Below are positions 19,982-30,680 of a DNA stretch of 64,000 nt, one piece after another. The notes under the pieces are model-generated. The model was not told where the DNA came from. It did not search any database and saw only the letters and a program-made list of their open reading frames with translations. Location of the stretch: the NCBI GenBank assembly GCA_963788195.1, contig CAWBGA010000017.1, forward strand, positions 672,001-736,000, in the 5' to 3' direction. The translations under genes were made by a program, and so were the position numbers. Positions within the stretch are counted from its first letter, which is position 1, and every line of letters begins with the position of its first letter. Source of the stretch: Nitrospirota bacterium. Its GTDB lineage: Bacteria; Nitrospirota; Nitrospiria; Nitrospirales; NS-4.

Positions 19982-20113
19982 TTAATCCATTGTTCTCTTC
20001 CGTACTCGGAACGCCACCCAGGCTGGAACATCGGCAAGAAGCTCATGAGCCACCCAGCCCTCGACATACCCCTTGCCATTACAGAGAACACACAAGGAAT
20101 GGCGCACAGTGCC
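19982..20113 (-). pseudogene. 5'-truncated copy of the small Cys-rich gene
   Basis: Reads HSLCVLCNGKGYVEGWVAHELLADVPAWVAFRVRKRTMD*, matching the C-terminal part of 9557..9748. Confidence 0.7.
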
Positions 20114-20567
20114 TATCTTCAATATCCGGCCCAAGACCGACTCGCGCCCGCAGGAGATCATGTCGAGTCACGGAGTACGCGACTGTTCCGTTCCGCTCGA
20201 CCGGGAGATTTAAGACATGCTTGTCCTTCATAATCTTGACGGCTTCCGAAATCGTCGTTGATTCGTGGACGGCGATGGGACTTTTGCTCATGATGTCCTC
20301 CGCCCTCAACCTGCTCAAATCTTTTCCCGACTCGATGGCATCCAGCACGTCAATCTCGCTGATGAATCCGACGAACTTCCCCTGGCTATCCACCACCGGC
20401 GCGCCTGACGCATGGGTTGAGAGCATATCAAGAGCGATCGCCAATCCATCCTGCCCTGCGCGAAAGAGCAATACATCGGTTCCATCAATCTGGCCCACAG
20501 TCTTGTATCCTTCTTTTGGTACGCCTGGAATGTTCATGGTCTCCTCCTTCATCTTAGTAACATCCAA
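20079..20567 (-). CDS. CBS-domain pair protein
   Basis: SGAPVVDSQGKFVGFISEID; AEDIMS...LPVERNG...VTRHDLL. Confidence 0.85.
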   Translation of the reverse strand: MDVTKMKEETMNIPGVPKEGYKTVGQIDGTDVLLFRAGQDGLAIALDMLSTHASGAPVVDSQGKFVGFISEIDVLDAIESGKDLSRLRAEDIMSKSPIAVHESTTISEAVKIMKDKHVLNLPVERNGTVAYSVTRHDLLRARVGLGPDIEDRHCAPFLVCSL

Positions 20568-20621
20568 ATCGACGGGCTTCGGGTTGGAATGTGGTCATAC
20601 TGACTCCATGACTCATACGTG

Positions 20622-21651
20622 TCAGGCAGTTGCCCGGGCAAAGAATGCCTCGATTGCAGCGAGTTCCCTGGGGCTGAGGCGGAACTCGGCCGCCCCGGAC
20701 ACGCCCCGCACTTGGTCGGGCCGCCGCGCGCCGACAATGGCGCCGGTGACGGCCGGGATCGCGCAGCACCCAGGCGACCGCCACTTCGCCCGGCGAGCGC
20801 CCGTGTCGATTGCCGATGGCACGCAGCAGTCTCACGAGTCTCAGGTTGCGGGAGAGCTGCGGCTCGCGGAAGTCGCTATGTCCCTTCCGCCAATCGTCGG
20901 CCGGCAAGGCCGCGATTCGCTCGCGGGTCATCGCGCCCGTCAACAGCCCAGAGGCCATCGGCGAATAGGCGATCACCCCGATGTTCTCCCGGGCGACGAA
21001 CGGCAAGATCTCTTCCTCGATCTCCCGGTGGAGCAGCGAGTACCGCGGCTGGAGCGACGTGATCGGGGCGATCGCCTGGGCCCGCTTCATCTGGGCGACG
21101 TTGAAATTGGACACGCCGATGTTGCGGACCTTGCCCTCCTTCTTGAGCGCGGCCATGGCCGCCCAGCCCTCTTCGATGTCCTCGTCCGGGTCGGGCCAGT
21201 GGATCTGGTACAGGTCAATGGCGTCCACTCGGAGCCGGCGCAGGCTGGCCTCGCACTCCCGCCGGATCGAGTCGGCCTTGAGACTGTGGCCGATCTCCCG
21301 ACGCTCGTCCCAGACCATGCTGCACTTGGTGAAAACATATGGCCGGTCGCGGACCCCTTCGAGCGCCCGCGCGACGACCTCCTCCGAGTGGCCCAGCCCG
21401 TAGACGGCGGCGGTGTCGATCCAGTTGATGCCGGCGTTCAGTGCCTCCCGGATGGCCGCGATGGAGTCCCTGTCGTCCTGGCTCCCCCAGGCGAATTCCC
21501 AGCCGCCGCCGCCGATCGCCCACGCTCCGAAGCCGATCGGGGTAATGTGCAGGTCCGAGGTTCCCAGTTGTCTCGTGTCCATGGATGTTGTCGACGTGGC
21601 TTTTGTGGTTTTCAGCAAGGTCTTTCCCGTCGTGGACTTAGCGGTTGGCAT
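20622..21651 (-). CDS. Aldo/keto reductase, one frameshift near 20760
   Basis: GFGAWAIGG, DTAAVYG, FTK, IDLYQIHWP, IGVSNF, AYSPMASG. The C-terminus continues in 20622..20822 (AVTGAIVGARRPDQV). Confidence 0.88.
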
Positions 21652-21730
21652 ATCGACTCTCCTTTCCTCGCGTTACCTAGCAGTGAGGTCGGCATCATTT
21701 GTTGCTTGCACCATCATGGCGAAGGACAGC

Positions 21731-21886
21731 GCAAGAATTGTTCCATGACGAGGCTGGCCAACGCCGGGAGCACAAGCTATTGAGAGAACAGGAAGGAAGG
21801 ACTGTGTGAGATGTACGGCCACAGCAGCGTTAAAAGAAGAGGCCCGCCGGCTGCCAAAATATCGGCTTTGTGCTGTTTTATGGGCA
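21731..21886 (-). promoter_or_regulatory. Sigma-54 promoter P5 with IHF-like site and tandem enhancer
   Basis: TGGAAC-AATTC-TTGC at 21731-21745. IHF-like TCTCAATAGCTTG at 21773-21785. TGCCAAAATATCGGCT (21852-21867) and TGCTGTTTTATGGGCA (21871-21886). Confidence 0.83.
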
Positions 21887-21959
21887 CACTCAAAGGTCTT
21901 GGCAGTATTGAGAAGCGAAATGCGTTTTTTCCCCCCGATTGTTTTCCGTACCAATCTCA

Positions 21960-22095
21960 TATGCGGTCCTACTTTCAGGACGCCCTTTAAAATGTTGATC
22001 AACGCCTGCCCTGAAAACGGCTTTCCTAGGAAGGCCACAGCTCCAAGATCAAAAGCCTGTTGACGTTTACGCTCGTCAGGACCCACACTGGAGCG
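21960..22095 (-). pseudogene. Fragment of a response-regulator receiver domain
   Basis: DERKRQQAFDLGAVAFLGKPFSGQALINILKGVL is a receiver C-terminal half; the N-terminal half is absent. Confidence 0.6.
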
Positions 22096-22115
22096 ATGGG
22101 CTCTGCGCGCCACTA

Positions 22116-22727
22116 TCAGGAATATCGGGAGAGCCGTGAAGCTCTCCCGATAGATTCCGTGAACTTTGGAAAATCAGCCGCCGGTTTCCCGACAAGCTTC
22201 TTTGCCGGCTGGATGGATATCGCCTGGCCGTCCGGCGTCATTTCCAGTTTTACATGATCGCCCATTCTGACCGGACTGTTCCCCTTGGCATCGCCCCCGA
22301 TCCGGAAGGTGATCTCTCTTCCTGACGCATCTGTCAGCATGTAATGCTCACCATCAATTCTGAAGAGGTCACCGTACAACGTGTAGCCGGGTGAAGATTC
22401 TTTAACAAACTCAGCAAAACGGTCCGGGGTTTCCCTAAACTCAACCCATTGTCCGATTTCCAGATCCTTATCGATATTGCTCGCGCCGCTCACCCGAATC
22501 TGCATCTGGCTTCCTGGATAAGTCTCAACCGTCCAGTACCGCCCATCTTTCGAGATCAACTGTCCTTTGAGCGTCTCGTCTTCCGTGCCAGGTTGTACTT
22601 GGTTTTGACTTTGCTGTTGATCCTGCTGAGCAGCCGAATCCTTGGCGGCATACAACACTGAAACCGCAGAAATCGTTAATGCTATTGCGAGCAGCGCTGA
22701 ACCACTCCATGATCCAAATCCTTTCAT
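22116..22727 (-). CDS. Secreted protein with two small beta-rich (OB-fold-like) repeats
   Basis: Signal peptide; repeats TLKGQLISKDG..IGQWVE and TLYGDLFRIDG..MGDHVK. Confidence 0.72.
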   Translation of the reverse strand: MKGFGSWSGSALLAIALTISAVSVLYAAKDSAAQQDQQQSQNQVQPGTEDETLKGQLISKDGRYWTVETYPGSQMQIRVSGASNIDKDLEIGQWVEFRETPDRFAEFVKESSPGYTLYGDLFRIDGEHYMLTDASGREITFRIGGDAKGNSPVRMGDHVKLEMTPDGQAISIQPAKKLVGKPAADFPKFTESIGRASRLSRYS

Positions 22728-22913
22728 ATCGCACCTCCTTTTGAATTGTGATATTTGACCCTCGCACTCCTTGCCACGTAACGCATGGACGATGGGGCCT
22801 GCAGCGTGTCGACCAAGATCTCCGCCACGGTTTTCTTGCTCATCTGTGACCTCCTTTCACCTTATTGCCCGGCATCCATTGAGCCTCGCGTAACGATGCT
22901 GATGATTGGTGGA

Positions 22914-23082
22914 GCAATACCCGTTCCAACTTGGAGCGCAGACATGCTGGCCTGGAAAACTAAGAATATTCCCAACCAAACCGAGACTTAACTGCTTGAA
23001 GAAGTGAGATGAGGATCGTTACGACCGGCGCGTCGTGGTGAACCTGCATGCCGATATCTGGGCGTGTGCCCAGATGTTGGCA
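22914..23082 (-). promoter_or_regulatory. Sigma-54 promoter P6 with IHF-like site and tandem enhancer
   Basis: TGGAAC-GGGTA-TTGC at 22914-22928. IHF-like CTTCAAGCAGTTA at 22989-23001. TGCCGATATCTGGGCG (23049-23064) and TGCCCAGATGTTGGCA (23067-23082). Confidence 0.85.
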
Positions 23083-23234
23083 AGTGGAGGAAACCGTTTG
23101 TTTGTGAGATTGAGTAAAAAATAAGAGTTTGCTGCGGTAGTGGGATTAGGATCGCGTCGTTTTCTCCGGCGACGCTTCGGTAGACAACACCGCGCTACCC
23201 GTTCCCGCTCACTTCTTTGCTCCGTCAGTTTCCG

Positions 23235-24332
23235 TCAGCCGTTCGTAGCCGCGGTCTCCCTCGACGTGATCTCGTACTTGAAGCTGTCCGGATCAAGGCT
23301 GTCGAGCCGGCCGTCGGCCGTTTCCGCCTGAGGATACATGAAGAAGCCGACTGGTTCGCCTTTCGATCCAGGCAGGGCGACATCGTGCGCGAAGTTGTAT
23401 GCCATCCAGTTCATTTCCCAGGACCCGAATAGCCGCGCGCGGGCATTCTTCACCATGAGGTCCTCCAGCGGACGATTTCCGGGCGGTTCCTCGAGCACGA
23501 CCTTCCGCACGTCCGCGGGATCGACAGGGACCCAGCCGTAGCCGGTGAGATACACCTCAGCGCGGCAGTGCTGTGATTTCGTCACGTTCTCCGACGAGGC
23601 GCCGAGGCTCTTGTATCCCTCCTCAGACTTGGCAATGCGGATGCCATATACGTCGCGCGCTGGAATACCCACCGCGCGCGCAAGGCCAACGTAGAGCGCA
23701 TTGAGATCGGCGCATTTGCCACCCAGATCCCTGGACTCCAGCATGAAGCGGATGTCACCGAGGCCGCAGCCGCGCGTTTTCGGATTCCGAAAGGTGTTGT
23801 CGACGATCCACTCGTAGATCGCTCGCGCCTTCTCGACATCTGTCTTCGCGCCGCTCGTGATCTCGGTCGCCGTCGCTTTCACAATGCCGTCGGTCGGCAG
23901 GAGCTTCGTCGGCCGCAGAAAATGCTCCAACTCCGCACGGTCCCCTTTCAGGGCCTTGGGTGCGGAGAGATCGACCGCATGGTTCTTTGTCGCGATCCGG
24001 CTCGTCAGCGTGAGCACCGGCCGCACGCCGGGCGGAAATTTCGCGGAAACGATTCCAAGCCCTTCCGCCTTGCTTTCAACAATCTCCGCGATACCGCCCT
24101 CGGCGCTGAACCTATTAGCGAGCGTCACCTGGTAGGGCGTCTTACTGATGAGCGCCGCCGGCAGCCATACCAACGTCGTCCCGGAGGGTTTCAGGACTTC
24201 GACGCGCACCATCACTTCGAACGTGCGCCAACTGCCAGGCGTTCCGCCCTGTGCAAACAGGCGCCCCGTCTTCGGGAACGCGAGTGTGGCGGAGAGAACG
24301 CCCGCCCATCGTAGAAAATCGCGACGGTTCAT
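23235..24332 (-). CDS. Tat-exported transglutaminase-like (Cys-His-Asp) protein
   Basis: MNRRDFL Tat motif at ATG 24332; GKCADLN, HCRAE, GWVPVDP. Confidence 0.85.
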   Translation of the reverse strand: MNRRDFLRWAGVLSATLAFPKTGRLFAQGGTPGSWRTFEVMVRVEVLKPSGTTLVWLPAALISKTPYQVTLANRFSAEGGIAEIVESKAEGLGIVSAKFPPGVRPVLTLTSRIATKNHAVDLSAPKALKGDRAELEHFLRPTKLLPTDGIVKATATEITSGAKTDVEKARAIYEWIVDNTFRNPKTRGCGLGDIRFMLESRDLGGKCADLNALYVGLARAVGIPARDVYGIRIAKSEEGYKSLGASSENVTKSQHCRAEVYLTGYGWVPVDPADVRKVVLEEPPGNRPLEDLMVKNARARLFGSWEMNWMAYNFAHDVALPGSKGEPVGFFMYPQAETADGRLDSLDPDSFKYEITSRETAATNG

Positions 24333-24468
24333 ACACTTACCCTTTCGACCAGATTCTGTTTTCTCTTCTCTGCCGACCGATATCGACTCTTGCAGTTCCA
24401 GCGAAACCTCCGCCTGATGCGTCACAAGATTGCGTGAGCCTCAATGCTATCGGTGACAGTGCCGCCCG

Positions 24469-25560
24469 CTACTGGATCTCCATCGCCATCCGTTTAACAG
24501 CCGGTTGTAGATCCAGCCCGTAATCCACGGTAATGCGCGTCTTCCCGGCCTGCATCTGGCCGATCACCGCGGCGCTGGCGAATCCCTCATCGCGAAATGA
24601 TGACAGCACCAAGGCGACCGCCTGCGGCGCACAGGCGACCAGCAATCCGCCGCTCGTCTGCGGATCGCACAGGAGCGCCTGCTGCCAGGGCGCGAGATCG
24701 TCCGGCAGCTGCACGTCATGGCCGTAGCTTGCCCAGTTGCGCGCGGCGGCACCGGTGTTGTAACCCTGTTGCGCGAGCGACAGCGCCGCCGGGAGGACCG
24801 GCAGCGACTCGAACGCGACGCGCGCCCCGAGCCGCGAGCCGCGGCAGATCTCGGCGAGATGGCCGAGCAGACCGAAGCCGGTGACATCGGTCATCGCGTG
24901 CACCCCCGCGATCTCCGGCAGACGCTGGCCGACGGCGTTGAGCTGGGTGGTGCTGGCCAGCATCTGCCGGTATCCCTCCTCGGTTAGCGCAGTTTTCTTG
25001 AGCGCGGCGCTGAGAATCCCGATGCCCAGTGCCTTGCCGAGCACGATGGCGTCACCGGCGCGCGCGGTGCTGTTGCGTGTGACGCGCTCCGGGTGAATCA
25101 CCCCGAGCGCAACCAGGCCGTAAATCGGCTCGACCGAATCGATCGAGTGGCCGCCGGCGATGGGAATGCCTGCGGCCTGGCACACCGAAATCCCGCCGGC
25201 GAGAATGTCCTGAATCACGTTCACCGGCAGCTTGTCCAGCGGCATGCCGACGATGGCGAGGGCGAAGATTGGACGCGCGCCCATGGCGTAAATGTCGGAC
25301 AGTGCGTTGGTCGCGGCGATGCGCCCGAAATCGTACGGGTCGTCCACGATCGGCATGAAAAAATCGGTGGTGGCAACGACCGCCTGCTCGTCGTTCAGGC
25401 GATACACGGCGGCATCGTCGCTGGTCTCAATACCCACCAGCAGCGCTGGATCGAGCAGCGGGCGCGGGACCTTGGCGAGGATATCCGTAAGCGCGGCGGG
25501 CGCGATCTTGCAGCCGCATCCACCACCCTGCGTTAAAGTGGTCAATCGAACGTCTGACAT
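24469..25560 (-). CDS. selD: Selenide, water dikinase (selenophosphate synthetase), Cys-type
   Basis: GGGCGCK, DDAAVY, TTDFFMP, NALSDIYAMG, GGHSI, TDVTGFGLLGH, DPQTSGGLL. Confidence 0.96.
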   Translation of the reverse strand: MSDVRLTTLTQGGGCGCKIAPAALTDILAKVPRPLLDPALLVGIETSDDAAVYRLNDEQAVVATTDFFMPIVDDPYDFGRIAATNALSDIYAMGARPIFALAIVGMPLDKLPVNVIQDILAGGISVCQAAGIPIAGGHSIDSVEPIYGLVALGVIHPERVTRNSTARAGDAIVLGKALGIGILSAALKKTALTEEGYRQMLASTTQLNAVGQRLPEIAGVHAMTDVTGFGLLGHLAEICRGSRLGARVAFESLPVLPAALSLAQQGYNTGAAARNWASYGHDVQLPDDLAPWQQALLCDPQTSGGLLVACAPQAVALVLSSFRDEGFASAAVIGQMQAGKTRITVDYGLDLQPAVKRMAMEIQ

Positions 25561-25578
25561 GGCGCACCTCTATGAAAT

Positions 25579-25675
25579 TGGCGGAAGAGAGTGGGAGTCG
25601 AACCCACCTAGGACCGGCTGACGGCCCTTACCAGATTTGAAGTCTGGCCGCTCCACCGGGGTGCGAGTCTCTTCC
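25579..25675 (-). tRNA. selC: tRNA-Sec (UCA anticodon)
   Basis: Acceptor stem GGAAGAGA/TCTCTTCC plus GCCA; anticodon arm CCAGA-CTTCAAA-TCTGG; long variable arm; GGTTCGACTCC T-arm; 97 nt; between selB and selD. Confidence 0.96.
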
Positions 25676-27637
25676 GGAAACCTGTGCCTCACGCCGACTG
25701 CTATCGCTGCCGGCGTTCCTCTTGATGCCTTCCACCACCAGGGTCGGGTCGCGCACGCGGTGGGCGTCGCCGACCCGGCGTGTGAACCCGGTCTTGTCGA
25801 AATACTCGAGGATCCGGATCGCGATCTTGCGACCCGTTCCGATGTGGTCACGGAACTCCGACGCCGTCACCTCGCCCTTTTCCCCCGCGAGTTTCGAGAC
25901 AATGCGCACGAGTTCGGCGATCGCCTCGCTCGTGAAGAAACGGTCGCGCATAACCTCGTAGGTATCACCGAGGATCGTCACGCGCTGTAACAGACTGCGC
26001 ACCTGCGGCTCGGCCGCTGTGAGCGCCCGCGCGATGTCGCGCACCCACGGCGGCTGAAACGGCGTGGCCTGAAGCAACGGCGCCACTGCCCGCCAGAGCT
26101 TCTCTTCGCTGGCAGTGAGGGTAATGCGATGCTCCGGCAGATGCAGCCACGGGCCGTGGCGCGCCACACGCTGTCCGGCCAGCAACTGATCGATCAACGC
26201 AGTGAACATCTCCCAGGGGAGATCCGGAGTCGCCACCCGGCGCAAGCGCCGGCCTTCGAGGCCGAGCAGCTCCGGGGCACGAGCGTGTTCGGCCGCGAGC
26301 GCCGCCAGCACTTTCTGCTGCGTCGTCTCCCAGTGCAGCGGCGCAAAACCAAAGCGGCCGGCGCCGGCGATGTTGACCACCACCATGGAGGTCTCGCGAT
26401 ACAGCGTCTCGGCAGCCTCGTCGCGCAGATTGAAACTGCGCGCGAACCGTGACAGATCGACACCCGCCGGCGCGACGCTGAGCAGCTGCCGCAACACATC
26501 GGCCATTGTGGGACGCTCCAGTGCCGCGAGCACCGCCAGGCGCGCGGGGGTACGCACCTTACGCGCCGGAGCAAACGGATCGAGCACCACCCCGCCCGCG
26601 AGCGTCTGCTGGGCCGACTGGTCGCGCAAGATAAAGCGGTCGCCGTGCAACGCGCCGATGGGTCGATCGAGCACGATCTGTGCGCGGCCACTGCCGCCCG
26701 GCTCGATCCCCGTGGCTTGCAGCAGCGAGACGCGGCCCATCGCCTCCGCGGCGCCCAGATGTACATGCACCGGGGTCCAGTGCTGGAGCGCCCGCGCCGC
26801 GGACGGCGCAAGCTTGAGAGACGCGTCGAAGCGCGCGGTCGGTGCGTGCACGGCGGACTCTAATACCCAATCACCGCGCGCGATATCCTTCTTCTCGACG
26901 CCGACGAGACTGAGCGCGCAGCGCTGGCCCGCCACGCCGCGCTTGGCCGAGCGGTTTTGCGCGTGGATGCTGCGCACCCGCACTTCCCAGCCGGGTGGCG
27001 ACACCAGCAAGTGGTCGCCCACAGCCACGCTTCCGGAAAACACCGTCCCGGTTACCACCGTGCCGCTGCCGGAAATCGTGAAGCAACGGTCCACGGCGAG
27101 ACGAAAGCAGCCATCCGCCGCGCCTGCCGGAGGCGGTGACACCGCTATGGCCTCGAGATGCGCGCGCAGCGCCGGCACGCCATCGCCGGTAATGCTCGAC
27201 AGTGCAAACACGGGACTGCCGGCAAGCGCCGTGCCGCGGAGCGAGGCCTCGATCTCCGCCCGCGCCGCGGCCACGCGCGGCGACTCCACGCGGTCGATCT
27301 TGGTGAGCGCCACCGCGCCGTGCTTCACACCGAGCAGATCGATGATCTCCAAGTGCTCGCGCGTCTGCGGCATGACGCCGTCGTCCGCCGCCACCACCAG
27401 TAGCACGAAGTCGATGCCGGTCGCGCCGGCGAGCATGTTGTGCACCAAGCGCTCGTGCCCCGGCACGTCGATGAAGCCGAGCACCGCGCTGTCGGCCAAT
27501 GGATAGAAGGCGTAGCCGAGGTCGATGGTGATGCCGCGCGCTTTTTCTTCCGGCAGGCGATCGGCGTCCATGCCGGTGAGCGCCTTGATGAGCGCGGTCT
27601 TGCCGTGGTCGATATGGCCCGCGGTGCCAACGATCAT
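25628..27637 (-). CDS. selB: Selenocysteine-specific elongation factor
   Basis: [59 protein letters not shown] 27637 overlaps the selA stop. Confidence 0.96.
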   Translation of the reverse strand: MIVGTAGHIDHGKTALIKALTGMDADRLPEEKARGITIDLGYAFYPLADSAVLGFIDVPGHERLVHNMLAGATGIDFVLLVVAADDGVMPQTREHLEIIDLLGVKHGAVALTKIDRVESPRVAAARAEIEASLRGTALAGSPVFALSSITGDGVPALRAHLEAIAVSPPPAGAADGCFRLAVDRCFTISGSGTVVTGTVFSGSVAVGDHLLVSPPGWEVRVRSIHAQNRSAKRGVAGQRCALSLVGVEKKDIARGDWVLESAVHAPTARFDASLKLAPSAARALQHWTPVHVHLGAAEAMGRVSLLQATGIEPGGSGRAQIVLDRPIGALHGDRFILRDQSAQQTLAGGVVLDPFAPARKVRTPARLAVLAALERPTMADVLRQLLSVAPAGVDLSRFARSFNLRDEAAETLYRETSMVVVNIAGAGRFGFAPLHWETTQQKVLAALAAEHARAPELLGLEGRRLRRVATPDLPWEMFTALIDQLLAGQRVARHGPWLHLPEHRITLTASEEKLWRAVAPLLQATPFQPPWVRDIARALTAAEPQVRSLLQRVTILGDTYEVMRDRFFTSEAIAELVRIVSKLAGEKGEVTASEFRDHIGTGRKIAIRILEYFDKTGFTRRVGDAHRVRDPTLVVEGIKRNAGSDSSRREAQVSGRDSHPGGAARLQIW

Positions 27638-29076
27638 GATCCACTCCTGCCGGCGTCGAGCCGGAGCTGCGCCAGCTGATCGACGAACTCGCGTTCGTTC
27701 TCCAGGCAGCGCAGATCGAACTTGAGCGCGCCATCGGAAATGGTCCCGATCACCGGGATGGGAAGCGCGCGGAACGCGGCCGCCAAGTGCCTGAGGGCGG
27801 TGCCCTCGCCGCGCCCGCGCTTGAGCGGCGCGAGCGCGAGCGCCGTACTCGGCAGCAGCTCCACCGGCAGCGCGCCACTGCCGATCTGGCTGTGGCACGG
27901 CACGACATTCACCTGCGCCGCATTGCGTACCGCTTGCACCACCGCGGGCTCGACACGCCGGCACAGTGCCTCGATGTCGGCCGCCTGGCGCGTGAGCAGC
28001 CGCAACGTCGGCAGACGCTGCGCGAGCTTCTCGGGCTGACGATAGAGCTTGAGCACCGCCTCGAGTGCGGCGAGCGTCATCTTGTCCACACGCAGGGCAC
28101 GCTTGAGGTGGTTGCGTTTGATTTTTTTCACGAGCTCGGCGCGCCCGACGATGATGCCGGCCTGCGGCCCGCCGAGGAGCTTGTCGCCGCTGAAGGTCAC
28201 GAGATCGGCGCCGTGCGCCAACGTCTCCTGCGGGGTCGGTTCTTTCGGCAATCCATATTGGCTTAGATCCACCAGCGCGCCGCTGCCCAGGTCCACCACG
28301 AATGGCAGCCCCCGAGCGTGCGCAAGCGCCGCGAGTTCCTTCTCGGGCACCATCGCGGTGAAACCCTGGATCACGTAGTTGCTGGCGTGCACCTTCATGA
28401 GCAGCGCACTGCGCGCGCCGATGGCCTGCTCGAAATCGGCGAGATGGGTGCGATTGGTGGTGCCGACCTCGCGCAGGCGGCAGCCCGCGTGCGCCATGAT
28501 TGCGGGGATGCGGAACGATCCGCCGATTTCGATGAGCTCGCCGCGCGAGACGATCACCTCCTTGCGCGCCGCGAGCGTAGCGAGCACCAGCAATACGGCG
28601 GCGGCGTTGTTGTTCACCACCGTGGCGGCCTCAGCGCCGGTGAGTTCGGCAAGCAGGGCTTCGACATGGCTGTCGCGGTCGCCACGCGCGCCGGGGGCGA
28701 GGTCGTACTCGAGATTGCACGGCTGCGTCATGACCGCCTGCACAGCGTCGACGGCCTCCGCCGGCAACAGGGCGCGCCCGAGACTGGTGTGCAGCACTGT
28801 GCCGGTGAGGTTGAACACGCGCCGCAGCGAGGGCTGAAACGCGGCCTCGAGGCGAGCCTGGAGGTGTCGCGTGAGAGACGGCGCTTGCCCTGCTTCCGCG
28901 GGCAGCGCGGCACCCTCCAGCATGGCCTGGCGCATTTCGGAGAGCAGGGAACGGATGGCGTGGACCACGGCGGTGTGGCTATACTGTGCGGCCAGTGCCT
29001 GCACCGCAGGGATCTGGAGCACACGATCGACTGCCGGCAATACAGCAGCTAGGTGCGGATTCTGCGCTTGGACCAA
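27634..29076 (-). CDS. selA: L-seryl-tRNA(Sec) selenium transferase
   Basis: [54 protein letters not shown]. Confidence 0.96.
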   Translation of the reverse strand: MVQAQNPHLAAVLPAVDRVLQIPAVQALAAQYSHTAVVHAIRSLLSEMRQAMLEGAALPAEAGQAPSLTRHLQARLEAAFQPSLRRVFNLTGTVLHTSLGRALLPAEAVDAVQAVMTQPCNLEYDLAPGARGDRDSHVEALLAELTGAEAATVVNNNAAAVLLVLATLAARKEVIVSRGELIEIGGSFRIPAIMAHAGCRLREVGTTNRTHLADFEQAIGARSALLMKVHASNYVIQGFTAMVPEKELAALAHARGLPFVVDLGSGALVDLSQYGLPKEPTPQETLAHGADLVTFSGDKLLGGPQAGIIVGRAELVKKIKRNHLKRALRVDKMTLAALEAVLKLYRQPEKLAQRLPTLRLLTRQAADIEALCRRVEPAVVQAVRNAAQVNVVPCHSQIGSGALPVELLPSTALALAPLKRGRGEGTALRHLAAAFRALPIPVIGTISDGALKFDLRCLENEREFVDQLAQLRLDAGRSGS

Positions 29077-29142
29077 GGACGGTTTCCGCCTATAGCGTGA
29101 ATACTCACGCGTCTACAATGGTTTGCCGAGCTTCACTTCCTC

Positions 29143-30054
29143 CTAAAATAAAAAGAAATTCATCCCATTACGAGTGAGACCGGATTCGGCCATCAGGACA
29201 TCGAGCGCGACGCTCGCCACGTCATCCGCGAGCGCGTCCACGTTCGAGTCCTTTTCCATGTACAGGATCTTGAGATAACCATGGCAGGCGTCGCAACTCT
29301 CGGCCTTGACCGCGGCGCTGCCGCCCTCGATGCCATAGTAAGCAATGCCCTTGGTCGTATCGCAGAAGACGCACTTGATACGCACCGCGTGCCATTGCGT
29401 GTTGCAGAGCGGGCAGGTCAGATAGCGCAGGCCGTGGTCCGAGGCGCCGGCGCCCACGACACTCACCATGGGCGCAGAACCACACGCCGGGCAGAGATGA
29501 GGGGTCTCGAGCCGGCCGAAGGCACCGGCCCCGAGCGTCGTGACCAGATGCAACCAGTACGCCTGCAGCGCTGCGCCGATGAATGGTATCGCCGCGCGAT
29601 CGAGCTGTTCACGATTATCGCCGGCGAGCAGCGCCTCGGCCAAGCGTTCGAGCGACGCGTCGTCCGTGTCCTTGAGCCGCGCGATCGTCGCGCGCGCGGC
29701 TTCCGGCAGTTCGCCGGCTTCGAGTTCCGTGAGGATACAGTGCAGCGCCTCTCGCCACGCGGGATCGCGGTCCCAGCCACGGGTCCCGAGCGGCGGCATC
29801 CCGTGTTCTCGGCAGAGTGTAAGCTGTTGCGTCTCCGGCAGCAGGACATCGCGGAACCGCGAAACCGCTTCATGCTGCGCGTGCGCCACCGCCGCCAGGA
29901 ACCGCAGGTAATCCGCCAGGGCGTGGCCTTCGGCCACGGCGCTCAGACGCGCCGCGCGCGCCTCAAACACATTGCGCTCCGGCAGGAGCAGGAACGGGAT
30001 TTCGCCCGGCGGCGCCTCGATGGTTCCGGGTTGAATAACATTAATCTTGGTCAT
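29143..30054 (-). CDS. fdhE: Formate dehydrogenase accessory protein FdhE
   Basis: CPACGS, RYLTCPLCNTQW, CVFC, ESCDACHGYLK, ADDVASVALD. ATG 30054 overlaps the fdnI stop. Confidence 0.93.
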   Translation of the reverse strand: MTKINVIQPGTIEAPPGEIPFLLLPERNVFEARAARLSAVAEGHALADYLRFLAAVAHAQHEAVSRFRDVLLPETQQLTLCREHGMPPLGTRGWDRDPAWREALHCILTELEAGELPEAARATIARLKDTDDASLERLAEALLAGDNREQLDRAAIPFIGAALQAYWLHLVTTLGAGAFGRLETPHLCPACGSAPMVSVVGAGASDHGLRYLTCPLCNTQWHAVRIKCVFCDTTKGIAYYGIEGGSAAVKAESCDACHGYLKILYMEKDSNVDALADDVASVALDVLMAESGLTRNGMNFFLF

Positions 30055-30680
30055 TTCGTGCCCTTCGTCACCTCGCGATACCAGCCGGGATGATGATGCT
30101 TCGCCCACGCGCGTGGCACCACGCCACGCGTCATGCCGCGGATCGTTCCCCTCACCCAGAACGCCGCATAGATGTGCACGATGATGCCCAAGATCAGAAC
30201 GAATGCAGACACCGAATGGATGACCGCCGCCACGCGAATCAGCTCGATCGAGAACCATGGCGCGAACCACGGCTGCCATATGACGATACCACTCAGAAGG
30301 AGCACCAACATCGTCGCGATCATGACCCAGAACAGCAATTTCTGGCCCGCATTGAAGCGCCCCACTTCGGGCAATCGCTCATCGTGATTGGTGATCACAT
30401 CACGAAACTGGCGCACCCATTGCCAGTCGGCTGCCGTCATGAGGTTGTCAGCGAAGAAGCGATGTGCCAGAAAGTAGAAGGAGACAGCCATGACCACGCC
30501 GATGAAGGGATGCAGAATGCGCATCCACGGCCCGCCCCCAAAGAGATGGCTCAGGAAGAAAAACGCCGGGTGGAACAGCGCCAGGCCGGACAGCGCGAGT
30601 AGGATGAACGTAATCGCGGTCAGCCAGTGGTTGGCGCGGTCTGCCGGGTGGTAACGCTCGATCAGATTGTCGTCGTTCAT
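30051..30680 (-). CDS. fdnI: Formate dehydrogenase gamma subunit (cytochrome b)
   Basis: [34 protein letters not shown]; start ATG 30680. Confidence 0.94.
   Translation of the reverse strand: MNDDNLIERYHPADRANHWLTAITFILLALSGLALFHPAFFFLSHLFGGGPWMRILHPFIGVVMAVSFYFLAHRFFADNLMTAADWQWVRQFRDVITNHDERLPEVGRFNAGQKLLFWVMIATMLVLLLSGIVIWQPWFAPWFSIELIRVAAVIHSVSAFVLILGIIVHIYAAFWVRGTIRGMTRGVVPRAWAKHHHPGWYREVTKGTK

Noticed and set aside
19846..21783. 645-aa plus-strand ORF
   Set aside because: Antisense to the recognisable CBS and AKR genes.
25579..25675. selC as the island integration site
   Set aside because: It is embedded in the sel operon; no duplicated 3' end or integrase was seen.
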